Positions 21,325-31,931 of a stretch of 64,000 bases of DNA are shown piece after piece (positions within the stretch are counted from its first letter, which is position 1; each line of letters starts with the position of its first letter). The translations under genes were made by a program, and so were the position numbers. Source of the stretch: Elusimicrobiota bacterium (GTDB lineage: Bacteria; Elusimicrobiota; Elusimicrobia; Elusimicrobiales; UBA9959); the NCBI GenBank assembly GCA_027340875.1, contig DAIENX010000008.1:1-64000 (forward strand), in the 5' to 3' direction. The notes below the pieces were generated by a model. The model saw nothing but the letters and a program-made list of their open reading frames with translations, ran no database searches and was not told the DNA's origin.

Positions 21325-22638
21325 TTACGGCTTGTTCATCCAGACAGAGAGCTCGTCCCACTTGGAGACCTTCGCCCAGGCCAGGTCCTGATAGCCGGGT
21401 CCAGAAGTGTCGGGGGGAAAGTAGGCGGCAATGCCTCGGATCTGGGCGTAGTTGCGTGGGCCGGACGGGGTGCCGCCCGGGTCATTATTCGCGCGGCTGT
21501 ATATGACCAACTCGCCGGTAATATAGCTCATCAGCGACTGTGCAGCGTTCTTAACGGCGACGCTCTTGGTTCCGTCCGCTACGAGGGCGGCGAAGTGGTG
21601 GAGGTCCCTGTTGTAGGTAAGGTTGAACCTGGTGGCCTTGGTGCGGGAGTCCTTCGCCAGGGCTTTCTCACCTGAGGCCATCAGCGTCTCGGCGAAAGCG
21701 TTGGTAAGCGCCGGCAGTTTGGCCAGGGCGGAGGCGCGCACGACGCTCTGCGTGGAGCCGCGCTTCTTCTTCTTGTAATGATCGGAGAAAACGTCAATGG
21801 CGCCCCTGGTCAGTTCTTCGCCTCCCATCGCCGGCTTTTTTGCTACGAAAGCCAGGAACTCGTCGTAGGTCTGCCCGTCGCCCGGCTCTATCTCCTCCGA
21901 GCCGAGGATGTAGTCCACCCCATCGCGGATCTCGTAATCCACCTCAGCCATCTGCATCAGGCAGGCGTCGGAACCGAGAACGTCCAGATGCCCTATCTCG
22001 TCCAGCATCAGCTTCAGCTGCGGGGTGTTGATGTGGTTGCCGCTGACCTCGTCATAGGAGATGCCTTTTTCCGGAGCCCGGGAGCGGTCCCAGCCGGAAC
22101 CGTGGTTCCAAAGGATAAGCATGTACTTCCTGGCGGGATAGTTGCTCTTGCCCCATTTCACAAAATCGACCACGCTCTTGTAGTCGCCCATGTCGACGTT
22201 GCCGAGGTCGGCCAGTACCGGGGAGGCCAGCTTATTGGCGTTGCGGTCCCTGACGATGCGGTAGCGGCGCACCCCTTTCCAGTCGCCGTCGGTGTTGTCG
22301 TAGGCTGGGCCGCGGCCGGCCTCGACCAGGACGTTCATTTTGGGAGTGGAGCCGGTCCGTTCCATCTCGTTCATGTCTTTGATGAGGAATCTTTCCAGGT
22401 CGTTCTTGCCGTTGCCGAAGACCATGATGGTCCACTCTGCCGGGCCGCCGGCGGACTGGCCGCCGCCGTTGCCGAAAAAGCCTTTATCCTTCGCCGTGGA
22501 GGCAGCAGGCACCTCGATGCCTGAAAGACGCGCACTGAGGGAGCCGAGGTTGTCGCTGTTAAGGGTGAAATCGTCCGCTGAAACTGCGGAAACCGAGAGT
22601 ATGCCGGAAAATACCGCGCACAAGGCCCGTCCTATCAT
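21325..22638 (-). CDS. Secreted clostripain-related cysteine peptidase (family C11)
   Basis: Signal peptide; WTIMVF..GKNDLE, LILWNHGSGW (His), GSDACLM (Cys), GSEEIEPG. Confidence 0.88.
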   Translation of the reverse strand: MIGRALCAVFSGILSVSAVSADDFTLNSDNLGSLSARLSGIEVPAASTAKDKGFFGNGGGQSAGGPAEWTIMVFGNGKNDLERFLIKDMNEMERTGSTPKMNVLVEAGRGPAYDNTDGDWKGVRRYRIVRDRNANKLASPVLADLGNVDMGDYKSVVDFVKWGKSNYPARKYMLILWNHGSGWDRSRAPEKGISYDEVSGNHINTPQLKLMLDEIGHLDVLGSDACLMQMAEVDYEIRDGVDYILGSEEIEPGDGQTYDEFLAFVAKKPAMGGEELTRGAIDVFSDHYKKKKRGSTQSVVRASALAKLPALTNAFAETLMASGEKALAKDSRTKATRFNLTYNRDLHHFAALVADGTKSVAVKNAAQSLMSYITGELVIYSRANNDPGGTPSGPRNYAQIRGIAAYFPPDTSGPGYQDLAWAKVSKWDELSVWMNKP

Positions 22639-22875
22639 GTTGTCCTCCGTAAGATGCCTGTAAATCCGGACGGTGCCTTGCTGGGGAGCAGGCGGCCTTC
22701 AGCGGTATACATTGCTATCTCCATAGTCTGTAGTTGTCTATCCAGAAATTATGGCAGAAAAGGCAGTCTGGCGCATCGGACCAATGGCCCTGATCCAGGA
22801 GAAAAAGGACCTACTAGGCGCCGGGCCCCTTCCTGCAGTGCCTCCTTAACCGCTGAGATAGCTATGGCCGCGGGG

Positions 22876-22923
22876 AAAAAGGGGACACCCTGCCTATCTC
22901 ATGACGATAGGCAGGGTGTCCCC
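22876..22923 (-). terminator. Intrinsic terminator downstream of ssnA
   Basis: 18-bp perfect stem GGGGACACCCTGCCTATC/GATAGGCAGGGTGTCCCC; U-tract on the minus strand. Confidence 0.8.
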
Positions 22924-22951
22924 GGATTTAGGATCTGCTTTGCCGGATCCG

Positions 22952-24289
22952 CTAGAACCTGGCCCAGAGCTTCCTGGCCAGCTCGCAGGACTTGAGGGAG
23001 ATTTCCTCCTCGTCGAGGTCCAGCTTCAGCTTCTTGCCCTCCATCAGCACGCGGCCGCCGCAGATCGTGGTGTCCACCACGCTCTGGCTTATGCCGAAGA
23101 TAAGATGGCCGGCGAAGTTGGCGGCGTCCATGGGCGTAGGGGGGATATAGTCGATTATCGCCAGGTCGGCGGCGAAGCCGGCCTTGAGCTCGCCGAGGTC
23201 CTTGAAGTAGCGGTTGGCTATCCTGGCGTTGTTCAGCAGCAGGGCGTTGGCGGTCTCCATGAAGCCGCAGGCCGGGTCGCGCTTGAGATGCTGCATCCAG
23301 AGGCCGCAGCGCACCTCCTCCAGCATGTTCACGGTCATGGCGTCGGTGCCCAGGCCCACGAGGATGCCCTCGTCGGACATCGACGTGATGTCGGCGATGC
23401 CTACCGCGTTGTTGGCGTTCGACTGCGGATTGTGGACAACGGCGGTGCCGGTCTCCTTAAGTATCTCCACTTCCTTCTCGTTGACGTGGACGCAGTGGGC
23501 CGCTATGGACTTGCGGCCGAGTATGCCGAAGTCGCGCAGGCGCTCCACCACGCGCATCTTGTGATGGGATTCGCACTGGAGCTGGTCGGAGGTGGACTCG
23601 GCCGTGTGGATATGGAAGCCGACGCCCATCTTGTGACCGCGGTAGGCGGCTTCCTCCAGCGTCTCGTCGCCTATGGTGAACGAGGCATGCAGGCCGAACA
23701 GGGCCTTCACCTGGTTGTCGTTGCGGGCGTTGCAGGCGGCTATGAACGAGGAGTTCTCGTCCAGGCCCTCCTTCGCCTTCTCCTTGCCGTCGCGGTCGGA
23801 GACCTCGTAGCAGAGGCTGGCGCGCAGGCCGGTCTCCCTGACGGCCTTCTCGACGGAGGCGAGCGAGCCGGTTATCGCGAAGGGGCTGGCGTGATGGTCT
23901 ATTATCGTCGTGGTCCCCTTGCGTATCGCGTTGATCAGCGGGATGACCGCGCTGTAGTAAGAGTCGTCGTTGGTGAGCTTCTTGTCGAGCCGCCACCACA
24001 GGTTGTTGAGTATCTCCACGAAGTTCTTCGACGGGTCAGCCTTGCCGAGGCCGCGCGCGAACGTGCTGTAAAAGTGCATGTGCGCGTTGATGAAGCCCGG
24101 CATCACCAGCTTGCCGGAGGCGTCGATCACCTTGGAATATTTGCCGCGGAAGCTCTTCTGCGGGGCGATCTTCTTTATCAGGCCGTCCTCGATCAGCAGG
24201 GCGTGGCCGTACAGGACCTTGTTCTTCTCGCCCAGCGTGGCGATGATGCCGTTCTTTATAAGGATGGTTTTTGCGGTGTTCTTCTTCAT
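22952..24289 (-). CDS. ssnA: SsnA-type amidohydrolase
   Basis: PGFINAHMHFYSTFARG, ILNNLWWRLD, IIDHHASP, LCYEVSDRDG, FGLHASFT, FHIHTAE, HNPQSNANNAVG, GTD. Confidence 0.85.
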   Translation of the reverse strand: MKKNTAKTILIKNGIIATLGEKNKVLYGHALLIEDGLIKKIAPQKSFRGKYSKVIDASGKLVMPGFINAHMHFYSTFARGLGKADPSKNFVEILNNLWWRLDKKLTNDDSYYSAVIPLINAIRKGTTTIIDHHASPFAITGSLASVEKAVRETGLRASLCYEVSDRDGKEKAKEGLDENSSFIAACNARNDNQVKALFGLHASFTIGDETLEEAAYRGHKMGVGFHIHTAESTSDQLQCESHHKMRVVERLRDFGILGRKSIAAHCVHVNEKEVEILKETGTAVVHNPQSNANNAVGIADITSMSDEGILVGLGTDAMTVNMLEEVRCGLWMQHLKRDPACGFMETANALLLNNARIANRYFKDLGELKAGFAADLAIIDYIPPTPMDAANFAGHLIFGISQSVVDTTICGGRVLMEGKKLKLDLDEEEISLKSCELARKLWARF

Positions 24290-24295
24290 GATGTC

Positions 24296-26749
24296 CTATT
24301 CCGGGCAGACCTTGAGCTCTGCCGGCGTGCGCTTCCTCATCTTCAGCGCGCCGGAGAAGCATTTCTTCACGCAGAGGGAGCAGCCTATGCATTTTGAGGC
24401 GTCGAAGCCGGGGACCCTGTCCCCGTCCAGCTCCACCGCCAGGTAACCGCAGCGCTCGCAGTTGCCGCAGTGGCGGCAGAGCTCCGCGTCCACGGAGGGG
24501 ATGTTCTTTACCGGCGTGAGGTCCGGGAAGTTGGTGACCGGCGCCGGCAGAGCGCAGCCGGTGAACTCCCCTACGGACCCGTAGCCCTTCTCCTCGAGCA
24601 TATGGCTGAGGCCGCTCTCCAGCTCGCCGATGATGCCGAAGCCGTATTTCATAACTACCGTGCAGAACTGCACGGTCCGGGCTCCCAGGGCGAGGAAATG
24701 CGCGGCGGCCTTGTAGTCCATCGGACCGCCGTTGCCGGATATCGGTACTCCGAGGTTGACCGCCTTGGAGATGGTGAGGTTGCTGATAGGCGCCACGCCC
24801 TCGCCGCTCATGCCGACTATCATGCCCTCTTCCCAGTTCCCCTTGCCGGAGAGGCGCTTGCGGAAGGCCAGCGCCGGGAAGGAATTGGCCAGCGTGATGC
24901 CGGCCTTCTTGTGCGGGTATTTCGCGTAGACCTGCTTTATCGCGTTGACCACCTGCCAGATGGAGGTGACCGCGCCGGTCAGCTTGAAGAGCTTGGGGAT
25001 ATCCGGATCGGATACCTGCATGACCCAATCGATGATCTTGGCAGCGAGTTCCGGGTCCTGGGAAACTATGTCCCCCTTGGTGCCGTCGCCGCCCTGCGGG
25101 CAGGACAGCGAATATTCTATAGCCATCGCTCCGGCCTTCTCGAGCTTGAGCGTGTTGCTCTGCCAGCCCTTGCGGTCGAACTCGTCGTTGCCGGTGACGG
25201 GGCCTCCGGTGGAGGCCGCTGTCAGGCGGTCGGGATATTCCTTCACGAGCCTCGCCACTTCCCTGCAGACGCGGTCGAGAGGATGGCCGGAGACGTTGTC
25301 GGAATTCCCGTAGGTGTCCTGGCTGAAGGTCACCATGTACTCGGAGGGGATATGTATATCCAGCCCGTCGAAGGCGGTCTTCATGACCACGCCGGGCCAG
25401 CCGGCCTCGTAGGCGCGCTTGACCTGGTCGTAGCCGTCGGAATGGGGGGAGGCGGAGATGATGAACGGCGACCTCAGCTTCCGGCCGAAGAAGTCGGTGG
25501 TCAGGTCCACCGGCTTCAGGTCGCGGCCCGCCAGTATGACATGGCTCTTCTTGTGGTCCTTGAAGACGGGGATCTTTTCGCCCTGCATCCAGGCGTGGGC
25601 CTGCATGGCGGCGTTCTTGCCGGAGGCCGAACCCTCCACCACGGTGGCGGCCCCGTCCTTGCAGTCGCCGGCGAGGAACACGCCCTTCTCGTTCTTGTCC
25701 TTGAATACCGGGATGTTCTTGATGGCCAGCACGGTGAACTGGATGTCGGCGCGGACCTGCTCCGTGCCGGGGATGTCCTTCGACTTGCCGTCGAGGCGCA
25801 CTATCCTTATCCCCTTGCCGCCCTTCAGGATGCCAGTGATGCGGCTGCGGCCGTTGATGTTGATGCCGGCCTTCAGTATGTCGCGCAGCTCGTGTTCCGG
25901 CAGCTGTATGTCGCCTATGTTCTTGCGGGTGAAGATCTCCGCTTTGGCCGCGCCTAGCTCCAGCGCCTTCATCGCGCAGTCCGCCGCCACCGCGCCTCCG
26001 CCTATGACGGCGACGTTCCTGCCCTTTACCTTGTATTTCGAAGTGTTGCGCAGGTACTCGAGGCCTTCCACTCCGAGCGCCTCGTTATCTATGTTGAGCT
26101 TCAGCTGCTCCTCCACGCCGGCGGTCACTATGACCGCGTCGTATTTCTTCAGCAGGGCGGAGGGTTCCTTGACGGACGTGCCGGTCTTTATCGAAATGTC
26201 GCCGAGGGTCTTGATCCATTCTATCTCGGTGCGCAGCACTTCCTTCGGGAAGCGCGCGTCGGGTATCAGGTTGGCGGCGCCGCCGGCCCGCTTGTCCTTT
26301 TCGAAAACGTCGACCTTGTAGCCCAGCTGCGCCAGCGTTCCGGCCGCTGCGAAGCCGGCCGGGCCGGCGCCGACTACCGCCACTTTCCTGTCGTTGGGTC
26401 TCGCCTTCCGGAACTTGGGCATTACGCCGAGTTCCTTGGCTTTCTGCACCACGGTGGCCTGTACCGGCGGGATGTTGATAGGGTTGTCGAACAGCTTGCG
26501 CGAGCAGGCCTTCACGCAGAACCAGTCCGGGCAGACCGCGCCGCAGACGCCGCCGAAGGTGTTGTGGCCCATGATCAGCGCCGCGCTGCGCTTGAAGTCG
26601 CCCTTCTCCATCCGGCGCGCCGCCATGATGAAATCGGCGGGGGAGCAGTCGGCCGGGCAGGCCTTCTGGCAGGGCTTGTCCTCGCAGTAGAGGCAGCGCT
26701 CCGCCTCGCTCTTGAGCTGCGCGTCGGTGAGGAAGGTGATCTTCTTCAT
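24296..26749 (-). CDS. Single-chain dihydropyrimidine-dehydrogenase-like oxidoreductase (GltD-like Fe-S/FAD/NAD(P) + FMN barrel + ferredoxin)
   Basis: EAERCLYCEDKPCQKACP, CGAVCP, GAGPAG, GGGAVAADCA; VMKT, SLSCPQ, KLT, ANS, GMSG, GNGG, VQFCT; CRHCGNCERC and CIGCSLCVKKC; alternative GTG start 26767. Confidence 0.8.
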   Translation of the reverse strand: MKKITFLTDAQLKSEAERCLYCEDKPCQKACPADCSPADFIMAARRMEKGDFKRSAALIMGHNTFGGVCGAVCPDWFCVKACSRKLFDNPINIPPVQATVVQKAKELGVMPKFRKARPNDRKVAVVGAGPAGFAAAGTLAQLGYKVDVFEKDKRAGGAANLIPDARFPKEVLRTEIEWIKTLGDISIKTGTSVKEPSALLKKYDAVIVTAGVEEQLKLNIDNEALGVEGLEYLRNTSKYKVKGRNVAVIGGGAVAADCAMKALELGAAKAEIFTRKNIGDIQLPEHELRDILKAGININGRSRITGILKGGKGIRIVRLDGKSKDIPGTEQVRADIQFTVLAIKNIPVFKDKNEKGVFLAGDCKDGAATVVEGSASGKNAAMQAHAWMQGEKIPVFKDHKKSHVILAGRDLKPVDLTTDFFGRKLRSPFIISASPHSDGYDQVKRAYEAGWPGVVMKTAFDGLDIHIPSEYMVTFSQDTYGNSDNVSGHPLDRVCREVARLVKEYPDRLTAASTGGPVTGNDEFDRKGWQSNTLKLEKAGAMAIEYSLSCPQGGDGTKGDIVSQDPELAAKIIDWVMQVSDPDIPKLFKLTGAVTSIWQVVNAIKQVYAKYPHKKAGITLANSFPALAFRKRLSGKGNWEEGMIVGMSGEGVAPISNLTISKAVNLGVPISGNGGPMDYKAAAHFLALGARTVQFCTVVMKYGFGIIGELESGLSHMLEEKGYGSVGEFTGCALPAPVTNFPDLTPVKNIPSVDAELCRHCGNCERCGYLAVELDGDRVPGFDASKCIGCSLCVKKCFSGALKMRKRTPAELKVCPE

Positions 26750-26794
26750 GTTCGTACCTCTGGTCACATTATGTGCTGACTAGATTTTATAATT

Positions 26795-29362
26795 TTACGC
26801 GCGTTTATGTTTAATTCGCGCCTTCAGGCGGAAATGCTCGCAGTCGTAGAAGAAGCGGCGGAACACCAGGAAGCGCCACCCTCCCTTCTTTACTTCCTCG
26901 TCGGCCCTGTCGGAAAGTTCGACGACCTCCGAAGTCTCTGGCAGGGCGATGATGTGAGAATGCCAGCACGGCAGATGAGAGGGCTCGTCCAGCCTCAGGT
27001 CCAGCACTCCTCCCTGTCTTCTGTGGCAGAGATCTTCCGTGTTAAGTTGCGCCTCGAAGGAGTCGGGGGAAAGCTGGCGCAGCGGGGAACTGAAGAAGAC
27101 CTCGGCTTCGTAACGCCCGTACTCCGCGCTGACGCGGCCGATCTCTGAGCGGAGGATGTTGCCCCGCGAGTCGCTGAAAGAGGAGAGCGGGATGGACGGA
27201 AGGTAGAATTTTCTGGAGTTTAGCGCCGTTTTCCTGGTTTCAGTGAGGAACATCCAGGCGCGGACGGCGCGCGGCCCGGATTCGGGCTGGAAGATATATA
27301 CGGTGGAGGAGGGGATGCCGGTGCGCTTTACGGCCGAGGAAGAGTTGGTCAGCAGTATATCCCTTGCCGCGCGGTAGTTGAATTCCTGGCATTCCGGCGG
27401 CAGCGAGGCGAAGGGAGGGGAATATGACGACGAGCCTTCTATCAGCGCGGCCAGTTCCTCCCTGCTCTTGAAATTTATGTCAGGGGAGAGGTTCCTCGCG
27501 ATGCCCAGGTGCCGCAGCGCTTCTTTTTTGTCGCCGCGGAGGTCGTAGAGCCTGCTGAGGCGATAATACCCGCGCGCGACGATATCGTCTTGGGCGGAGC
27601 CGAAGGACTTGCGAAGCTCCACGCAGGCCGTCCTGTATTCGCGGCGCATGATGGCCAGCTCTGCGCGTAGGTTTATGAGGAATTCGTTGCCTGCGGTTAG
27701 GCGCGAGGCTTCCGCCAGGGCTTTTTCTGCCTCGGCGAGGCAGCCTGTCTCGATCAGCCCTTCTATCAGCGCGAAGCGGAGCATGACGTTTCCGGGGTGG
27801 TGCAGGATCTCCTCCGTAGTCAGCTCCTTCCACGAGTCCCTCCGGCCCAGCCACGCGTCGCGATAGGCTTTGACGAACCACGCGAACAGCGTGGCGCCCG
27901 GGATGGCCCTGGCTATCCTCTCCGCGTAGGCGGCGGCCTTCTCTTCGTCCCCGGCGTACATCCTGGCGCGGGCGCAGAGCGCCAGGAGGGCCGGGTCGTC
28001 GGCCGCTCCTCCCAGATAGTGTTCCATTTTTCTGAGCCAGTCCCGGCTTCCGGAGAAGAACTCGGTCAAGAGCCCGGCGTAAAGCCTTACGGCCGGGTCC
28101 GAGGCGTCGGCAGCGAGCCTGCGCATACGCCCCGGCGCTTTCCTGTGCAGGGAGGTCTCCCCCATGTGGGAATAGAGTACGGCCAGCATGGCGGTGGCGT
28201 CCACTGAATACGGGTCTTTGTTCAGAGCGTCGATGACCAGGCCGTGGGCCTGGTCGATGCCGAAGTCGGTAAAGTAGGCCAGCGCCGCCTCGCCTGCCAG
28301 CCGCGACGCCTCCCGGCGGTTCTCCTCGGGGATGGGGCCAACGCCCTGCGGCTTTTTCACTTCCTCCGGGGAAGACTTCAGCATGCCGCGGATGCCGTCC
28401 ACGATCTGGGTCTTTATTCCCTTGGGCCTCGCCGCCAGGCGTATGGCGTCCGCCAGGTCACGGGCGTCCTTGTAGCGGGCTGAGGGTTTCTTCTCGAGAC
28501 ACTTCATGATGACGGCGCCCAGCGCGGCGGAGAGTTCCGAGTTAAGCTTTGACGGGTGCTGGCAGCGGTCCTGCGTGACGGCCCGTATAAAGGCGGCCGT
28601 ATTTTCGCCCTTGAAAGGATGCTCCAGCGTCATAAGCTCGTAGAGCATGGTGCCGAGGCTGTAGATATCGGAAGCCGGCGAGGCCTCCCTGTTGGCGAAG
28701 GTTTCCGGCGCCATGTAGCGCAGCGTCCCCAGCATCGGCTGGCCGGTGGTGATGTCGGAAGAGTCGGAGAACTTGGCCAGCCCGAAGTCGGCGAGCTTGG
28801 CCGGCCCTTTGCGGGGGATGAGTATGTTGGACGGTTTTATGTCGCGGTGCAGTATGCCCAGCGAATGCGCCTCGAAGAGGGCGTCCGCCACGCCGGCGAG
28901 GAGCGCAGCGACCCGGCTCTCGTAGTCAGGGTCGGTCAGCGGGAGGCCGGTGAGCGGCCGCAGGAAATACGGCAGTTCCTCGTCCTCCGGGGACAGAGGC
29001 TTGAGGTAGCCGTACTTTTTCAGCTCCTCCACGTCCCCTATGGCCGCTATGGAGCGCGCCAGCTCGAGGAAAGCGAACAGCGGCTTGCCGTCCACGTACT
29101 CCATCGCGAGGTACGGCAGGCCCTCGTGCTCGCCGAAGGAATAGACCTTTATTATGCCGGGGTGGTCGCAGCGGGCGATGGCCGCAGCCTCCCGCAGGAA
29201 GCGGCGGCGGCTCTGGGGGGTGGCCTGCCCTGGCAGGACCATCTTCAGCGCGGCGTCGCGCTGCAGCACCTTGTCGTGGGCGCGGTACACCACGCCCATG
29301 CCGCCGCGGCCGAGCTCGCCGGTTATCTTGAGATTCCCAAGTTCGTCCCCTTCCTTTATCAT
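26795..29362 (-). CDS. Hanks-type Ser/Thr protein kinase with TPR-like repeats and an unknown C-terminal domain
   Basis: [50 protein letters not shown]; helical repeats after the kinase domain. Confidence 0.9.
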   Translation of the reverse strand: MIKEGDELGNLKITGELGRGGMGVVYRAHDKVLQRDAALKMVLPGQATPQSRRRFLREAAAIARCDHPGIIKVYSFGEHEGLPYLAMEYVDGKPLFAFLELARSIAAIGDVEELKKYGYLKPLSPEDEELPYFLRPLTGLPLTDPDYESRVAALLAGVADALFEAHSLGILHRDIKPSNILIPRKGPAKLADFGLAKFSDSSDITTGQPMLGTLRYMAPETFANREASPASDIYSLGTMLYELMTLEHPFKGENTAAFIRAVTQDRCQHPSKLNSELSAALGAVIMKCLEKKPSARYKDARDLADAIRLAARPKGIKTQIVDGIRGMLKSSPEEVKKPQGVGPIPEENRREASRLAGEAALAYFTDFGIDQAHGLVIDALNKDPYSVDATAMLAVLYSHMGETSLHRKAPGRMRRLAADASDPAVRLYAGLLTEFFSGSRDWLRKMEHYLGGAADDPALLALCARARMYAGDEEKAAAYAERIARAIPGATLFAWFVKAYRDAWLGRRDSWKELTTEEILHHPGNVMLRFALIEGLIETGCLAEAEKALAEASRLTAGNEFLINLRAELAIMRREYRTACVELRKSFGSAQDDIVARGYYRLSRLYDLRGDKKEALRHLGIARNLSPDINFKSREELAALIEGSSSYSPPFASLPPECQEFNYRAARDILLTNSSSAVKRTGIPSSTVYIFQPESGPRAVRAWMFLTETRKTALNSRKFYLPSIPLSSFSDSRGNILRSEIGRVSAEYGRYEAEVFFSSPLRQLSPDSFEAQLNTEDLCHRRQGGVLDLRLDEPSHLPCWHSHIIALPETSEVVELSDRADEEVKKGGWRFLVFRRFFYDCEHFRLKARIKHKRA

Positions 29363-29419
29363 CGCTTATATTTGATTTTACTATAATAAAAAGGAAGGCT
29401 TCTGATTTTAGAGGACAAC
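29363..29419. promoter_or_regulatory. AT-rich overlapping divergent promoter region
   Basis: TATAAT (+, 29382-29387) and TATAGT/TAAAAT on the minus strand within 57 bp between divergent starts. Confidence 0.5.
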
Positions 29420-30787
29420 ATGAAAACACTGCTGATAAAGAACGCCGAAGTGCTGGCCACGATGGACGACTCGCGCCGCGAGATAAGGGGCGGCGACGTC
29501 TACATAGAGGGACCGGAAATAAAGAAGGTCGGGAAAGGCCTGAAGGTGAAGGCCGACCAGGTCATAGACGCGAAAGGCTGCGTAGTGATGCCCGGCATGG
29601 TCAACACGCACCACCACCTCTACCAGACGCTGACCCGCAACCTGCCCAAGGTGCAGGACGCCGAGCTCTTCGACTGGCTGGTGTACCTCTACGACATCTG
29701 GAAGCACGTGAACCCGGAGGCCATCTACGCCAGCACGCAGGCCGGGCTCGGCGAGTTGCTGCTGACCGGCTGTACTACGAGCTCCGACCACCTCTACCTC
29801 TTCCCGAAGAAGGACAGCGGCTTCTTCATCGACACGCAGATCGCCGCCGCGCGCGAGCTCGGCATCCGTTTCACCGCCACGCGCGGCTCCATGTCGCGCG
29901 GCCGCTCCAAGGGCGGCCTGCCGCCGGACTCCGTGGTGCAGAAAGAGGATTTCATCCTGAAGGACTGCGAGCGGCTGATAAACAAGTTCCACGGCCGTGA
30001 GAAATTCGCGATGACGCACGTGGCGATGGCGCCGTGCTCGCCGTTCTCCGTGACCACCGAGCTGCTGAAGATCACCGCCGAGATGGCGAAGAAATGGGGC
30101 GTGCGCATGCACACCCATCTCGCCGAGACGAAGGACGAGGAAGCGTTCTGCAGGAAGCTGTTCAAGATGCGCCCGCTCGAGTACATGGAGTCGGTAGGCT
30201 GGGTAGAGGAGGGCAACGCCTGGTTCGCCCACTGCGTCTACATCAACGAGGCCGAGGCTAAGAAGATGGGGAAGACTCGCACCGGCGTGGCGCACTGCCC
30301 TTGTTCCAACCTGCGGCTGGGCTCCGGCATCGCCCCGATCCCGATGTTCCTCAAGCATAACGTCCCGGTCGGCCTCGGCGTGGACGGCAGCGCTTCCAAC
30401 GACTCTTCCGACATGCTGGGCGAGGCGCGCCAGTGCATGCTGGTACACCGCCTGGAGAATATAAAAGCCATGCCGGCCCGCAAGGCGCTGGAGCTGGCCA
30501 CCCGCGGCGGAGCAGCCGTACTGGGCCGCACCGATATCGGCAGCATAGAGCCCGGCAAGGCGGCGGACATCGCCATCTTCGACGTGAGCGGTCTCGACTA
30601 CATCGGCTCGAAGTCCGACCCGCTGGCCTCGCTGCTTTTCTGCGGCGCCTCGCACCGCACCAAGTTCACTATTGTCAACGGCAGGGTGGTGGTAAAGAAC
30701 TGGCGTCTAGCGCTGGTGGACGAGCGCGGCCTCACCGAGCGCGCGGCGAAGGCCGCCGCCTCGCTTTACCGCAAGGCAAATATCTGA
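29420..30787 (+). CDS. 8-oxoguanine-deaminase-like amidohydrolase
   Basis: NTHHHLYQTLTR, TTSSDHLY, APCSPFS, HTHLAET, HCPCSNLRLGSG, GVDGSASND. Confidence 0.78.
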   Translation: MKTLLIKNAEVLATMDDSRREIRGGDVYIEGPEIKKVGKGLKVKADQVIDAKGCVVMPGMVNTHHHLYQTLTRNLPKVQDAELFDWLVYLYDIWKHVNPEAIYASTQAGLGELLLTGCTTSSDHLYLFPKKDSGFFIDTQIAAARELGIRFTATRGSMSRGRSKGGLPPDSVVQKEDFILKDCERLINKFHGREKFAMTHVAMAPCSPFSVTTELLKITAEMAKKWGVRMHTHLAETKDEEAFCRKLFKMRPLEYMESVGWVEEGNAWFAHCVYINEAEAKKMGKTRTGVAHCPCSNLRLGSGIAPIPMFLKHNVPVGLGVDGSASNDSSDMLGEARQCMLVHRLENIKAMPARKALELATRGGAAVLGRTDIGSIEPGKAADIAIFDVSGLDYIGSKSDPLASLLFCGASHRTKFTIVNGRVVVKNWRLALVDERGLTERAAKAAASLYRKANI

Positions 30788-30797
30788 GGGGGGTAAG

Positions 30798-31913
30798 ATG
30801 CCTAACAACGGAAAGCGGATAAAGAAGATAGCCATCAGCACCGGCGGCGGCGACGCGCCGGGCCTTAACGCGGTAATACGGGCCGTAGTTATAGCCGCCC
30901 GCAACCGCGGCTGGGAGGTCAGGGGTATAAGGGACGGCTACAACGGCCTGCTGAACCCGGGCGACTACCCGGACGGCGGGCTGATGCACCTGCACCGGCA
31001 TAACGTGCGCGGCATAACGCATCTCGGCGGGACCATTCTCGGCACGACCAACAAGGGCAACCCGCTCAAGTACCCTACGCAGGCCCGCAACGGCAAGTGG
31101 TACGAGAAGGACCGCACGCGCGAGCTGCTGAAAGCTTTCAGGAAGCACAGTATAGACGCCCTGGTCGCCATCGGCGGGGACGGCTCGCTGGCCATAGCCA
31201 ACGCGCTCTCGGAAAAAGGCCTGCGGGTCATAGGAGTGCCGAAGACCATAGACAACGACCTCGAGAAGACCGTGGTCACTTTCGGTTTCGACAGCGCCGT
31301 CTCGTTCGCCACCGAATGCGTGGACCGGCTGCACTCCACCGCCGAGGCGCACAGGCGGGTGATGGTGGTGGAGGTCATGGGCCGCTATGCCGGCTGGATC
31401 GCCATGAACGCCGGTGTTTCCGGCACCGCCGACGCGATCCTGATGCCGGAGATCCCTTACGATATCAAGAAGGTTGCTTCGGCCATAAAGGCCCTGCAGC
31501 GGCAGAACAAGCATTTCGCCATAGTCGTAGTGGCCGAGGGCGCGAGGCCCGTGGACGGCAAGGTCTCGGTGGAGTTCAAGGAGCTGGGCCGCGCCGAGAA
31601 GCTCGGCGGGGCCGGCGAGAGGGTGGCCAAGCAGCTGCAGGCCCTTACCGGCAAGGAATGCCGCACCGTGGTGCTGGGGCATCTGCAGCGCGGCGGCGGC
31701 CCGACGACGTTCGACAGGCTGCTTTCGCTGCGCTTCGGCGCGGCCGCGGTGCGCGCTCTCGACGAGGGACGCTCGGGGATAATGGTAGCGCTGGACCCGC
31801 CCAAGGTGCTCTATGTGCCGCTCAGGGAGATATCGGGCCGCATGAAGACCGTGCCGCTCGACTGCGACACGATGCTGACCGCGCGCGCGATGGGCATCAG
31901 CTTCGGGGATTGA
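30798..31913 (+). CDS. pfkA: 6-phosphofructokinase (PfkA family, probably ATP-dependent)
   Basis: TGGGDAPGLNAVIR, GGTILGT, IGGDGS, PKTIDND, EVMGR, LGHLQRGG. Confidence 0.9.
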   Translation: MPNNGKRIKKIAISTGGGDAPGLNAVIRAVVIAARNRGWEVRGIRDGYNGLLNPGDYPDGGLMHLHRHNVRGITHLGGTILGTTNKGNPLKYPTQARNGKWYEKDRTRELLKAFRKHSIDALVAIGGDGSLAIANALSEKGLRVIGVPKTIDNDLEKTVVTFGFDSAVSFATECVDRLHSTAEAHRRVMVVEVMGRYAGWIAMNAGVSGTADAILMPEIPYDIKKVASAIKALQRQNKHFAIVVVAEGARPVDGKVSVEFKELGRAEKLGGAGERVAKQLQALTGKECRTVVLGHLQRGGGPTTFDRLLSLRFGAAAVRALDEGRSGIMVALDPPKVLYVPLREISGRMKTVPLDCDTMLTARAMGISFGD

Positions 31914-31931
31914 GCGCCGGTGGGAGGGGAG

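Noticed and set aside
30798..31913. PPi-dependent phosphofructokinase
   Set aside because: It has GGDG rather than GGDD at the specificity position, which points to ATP.
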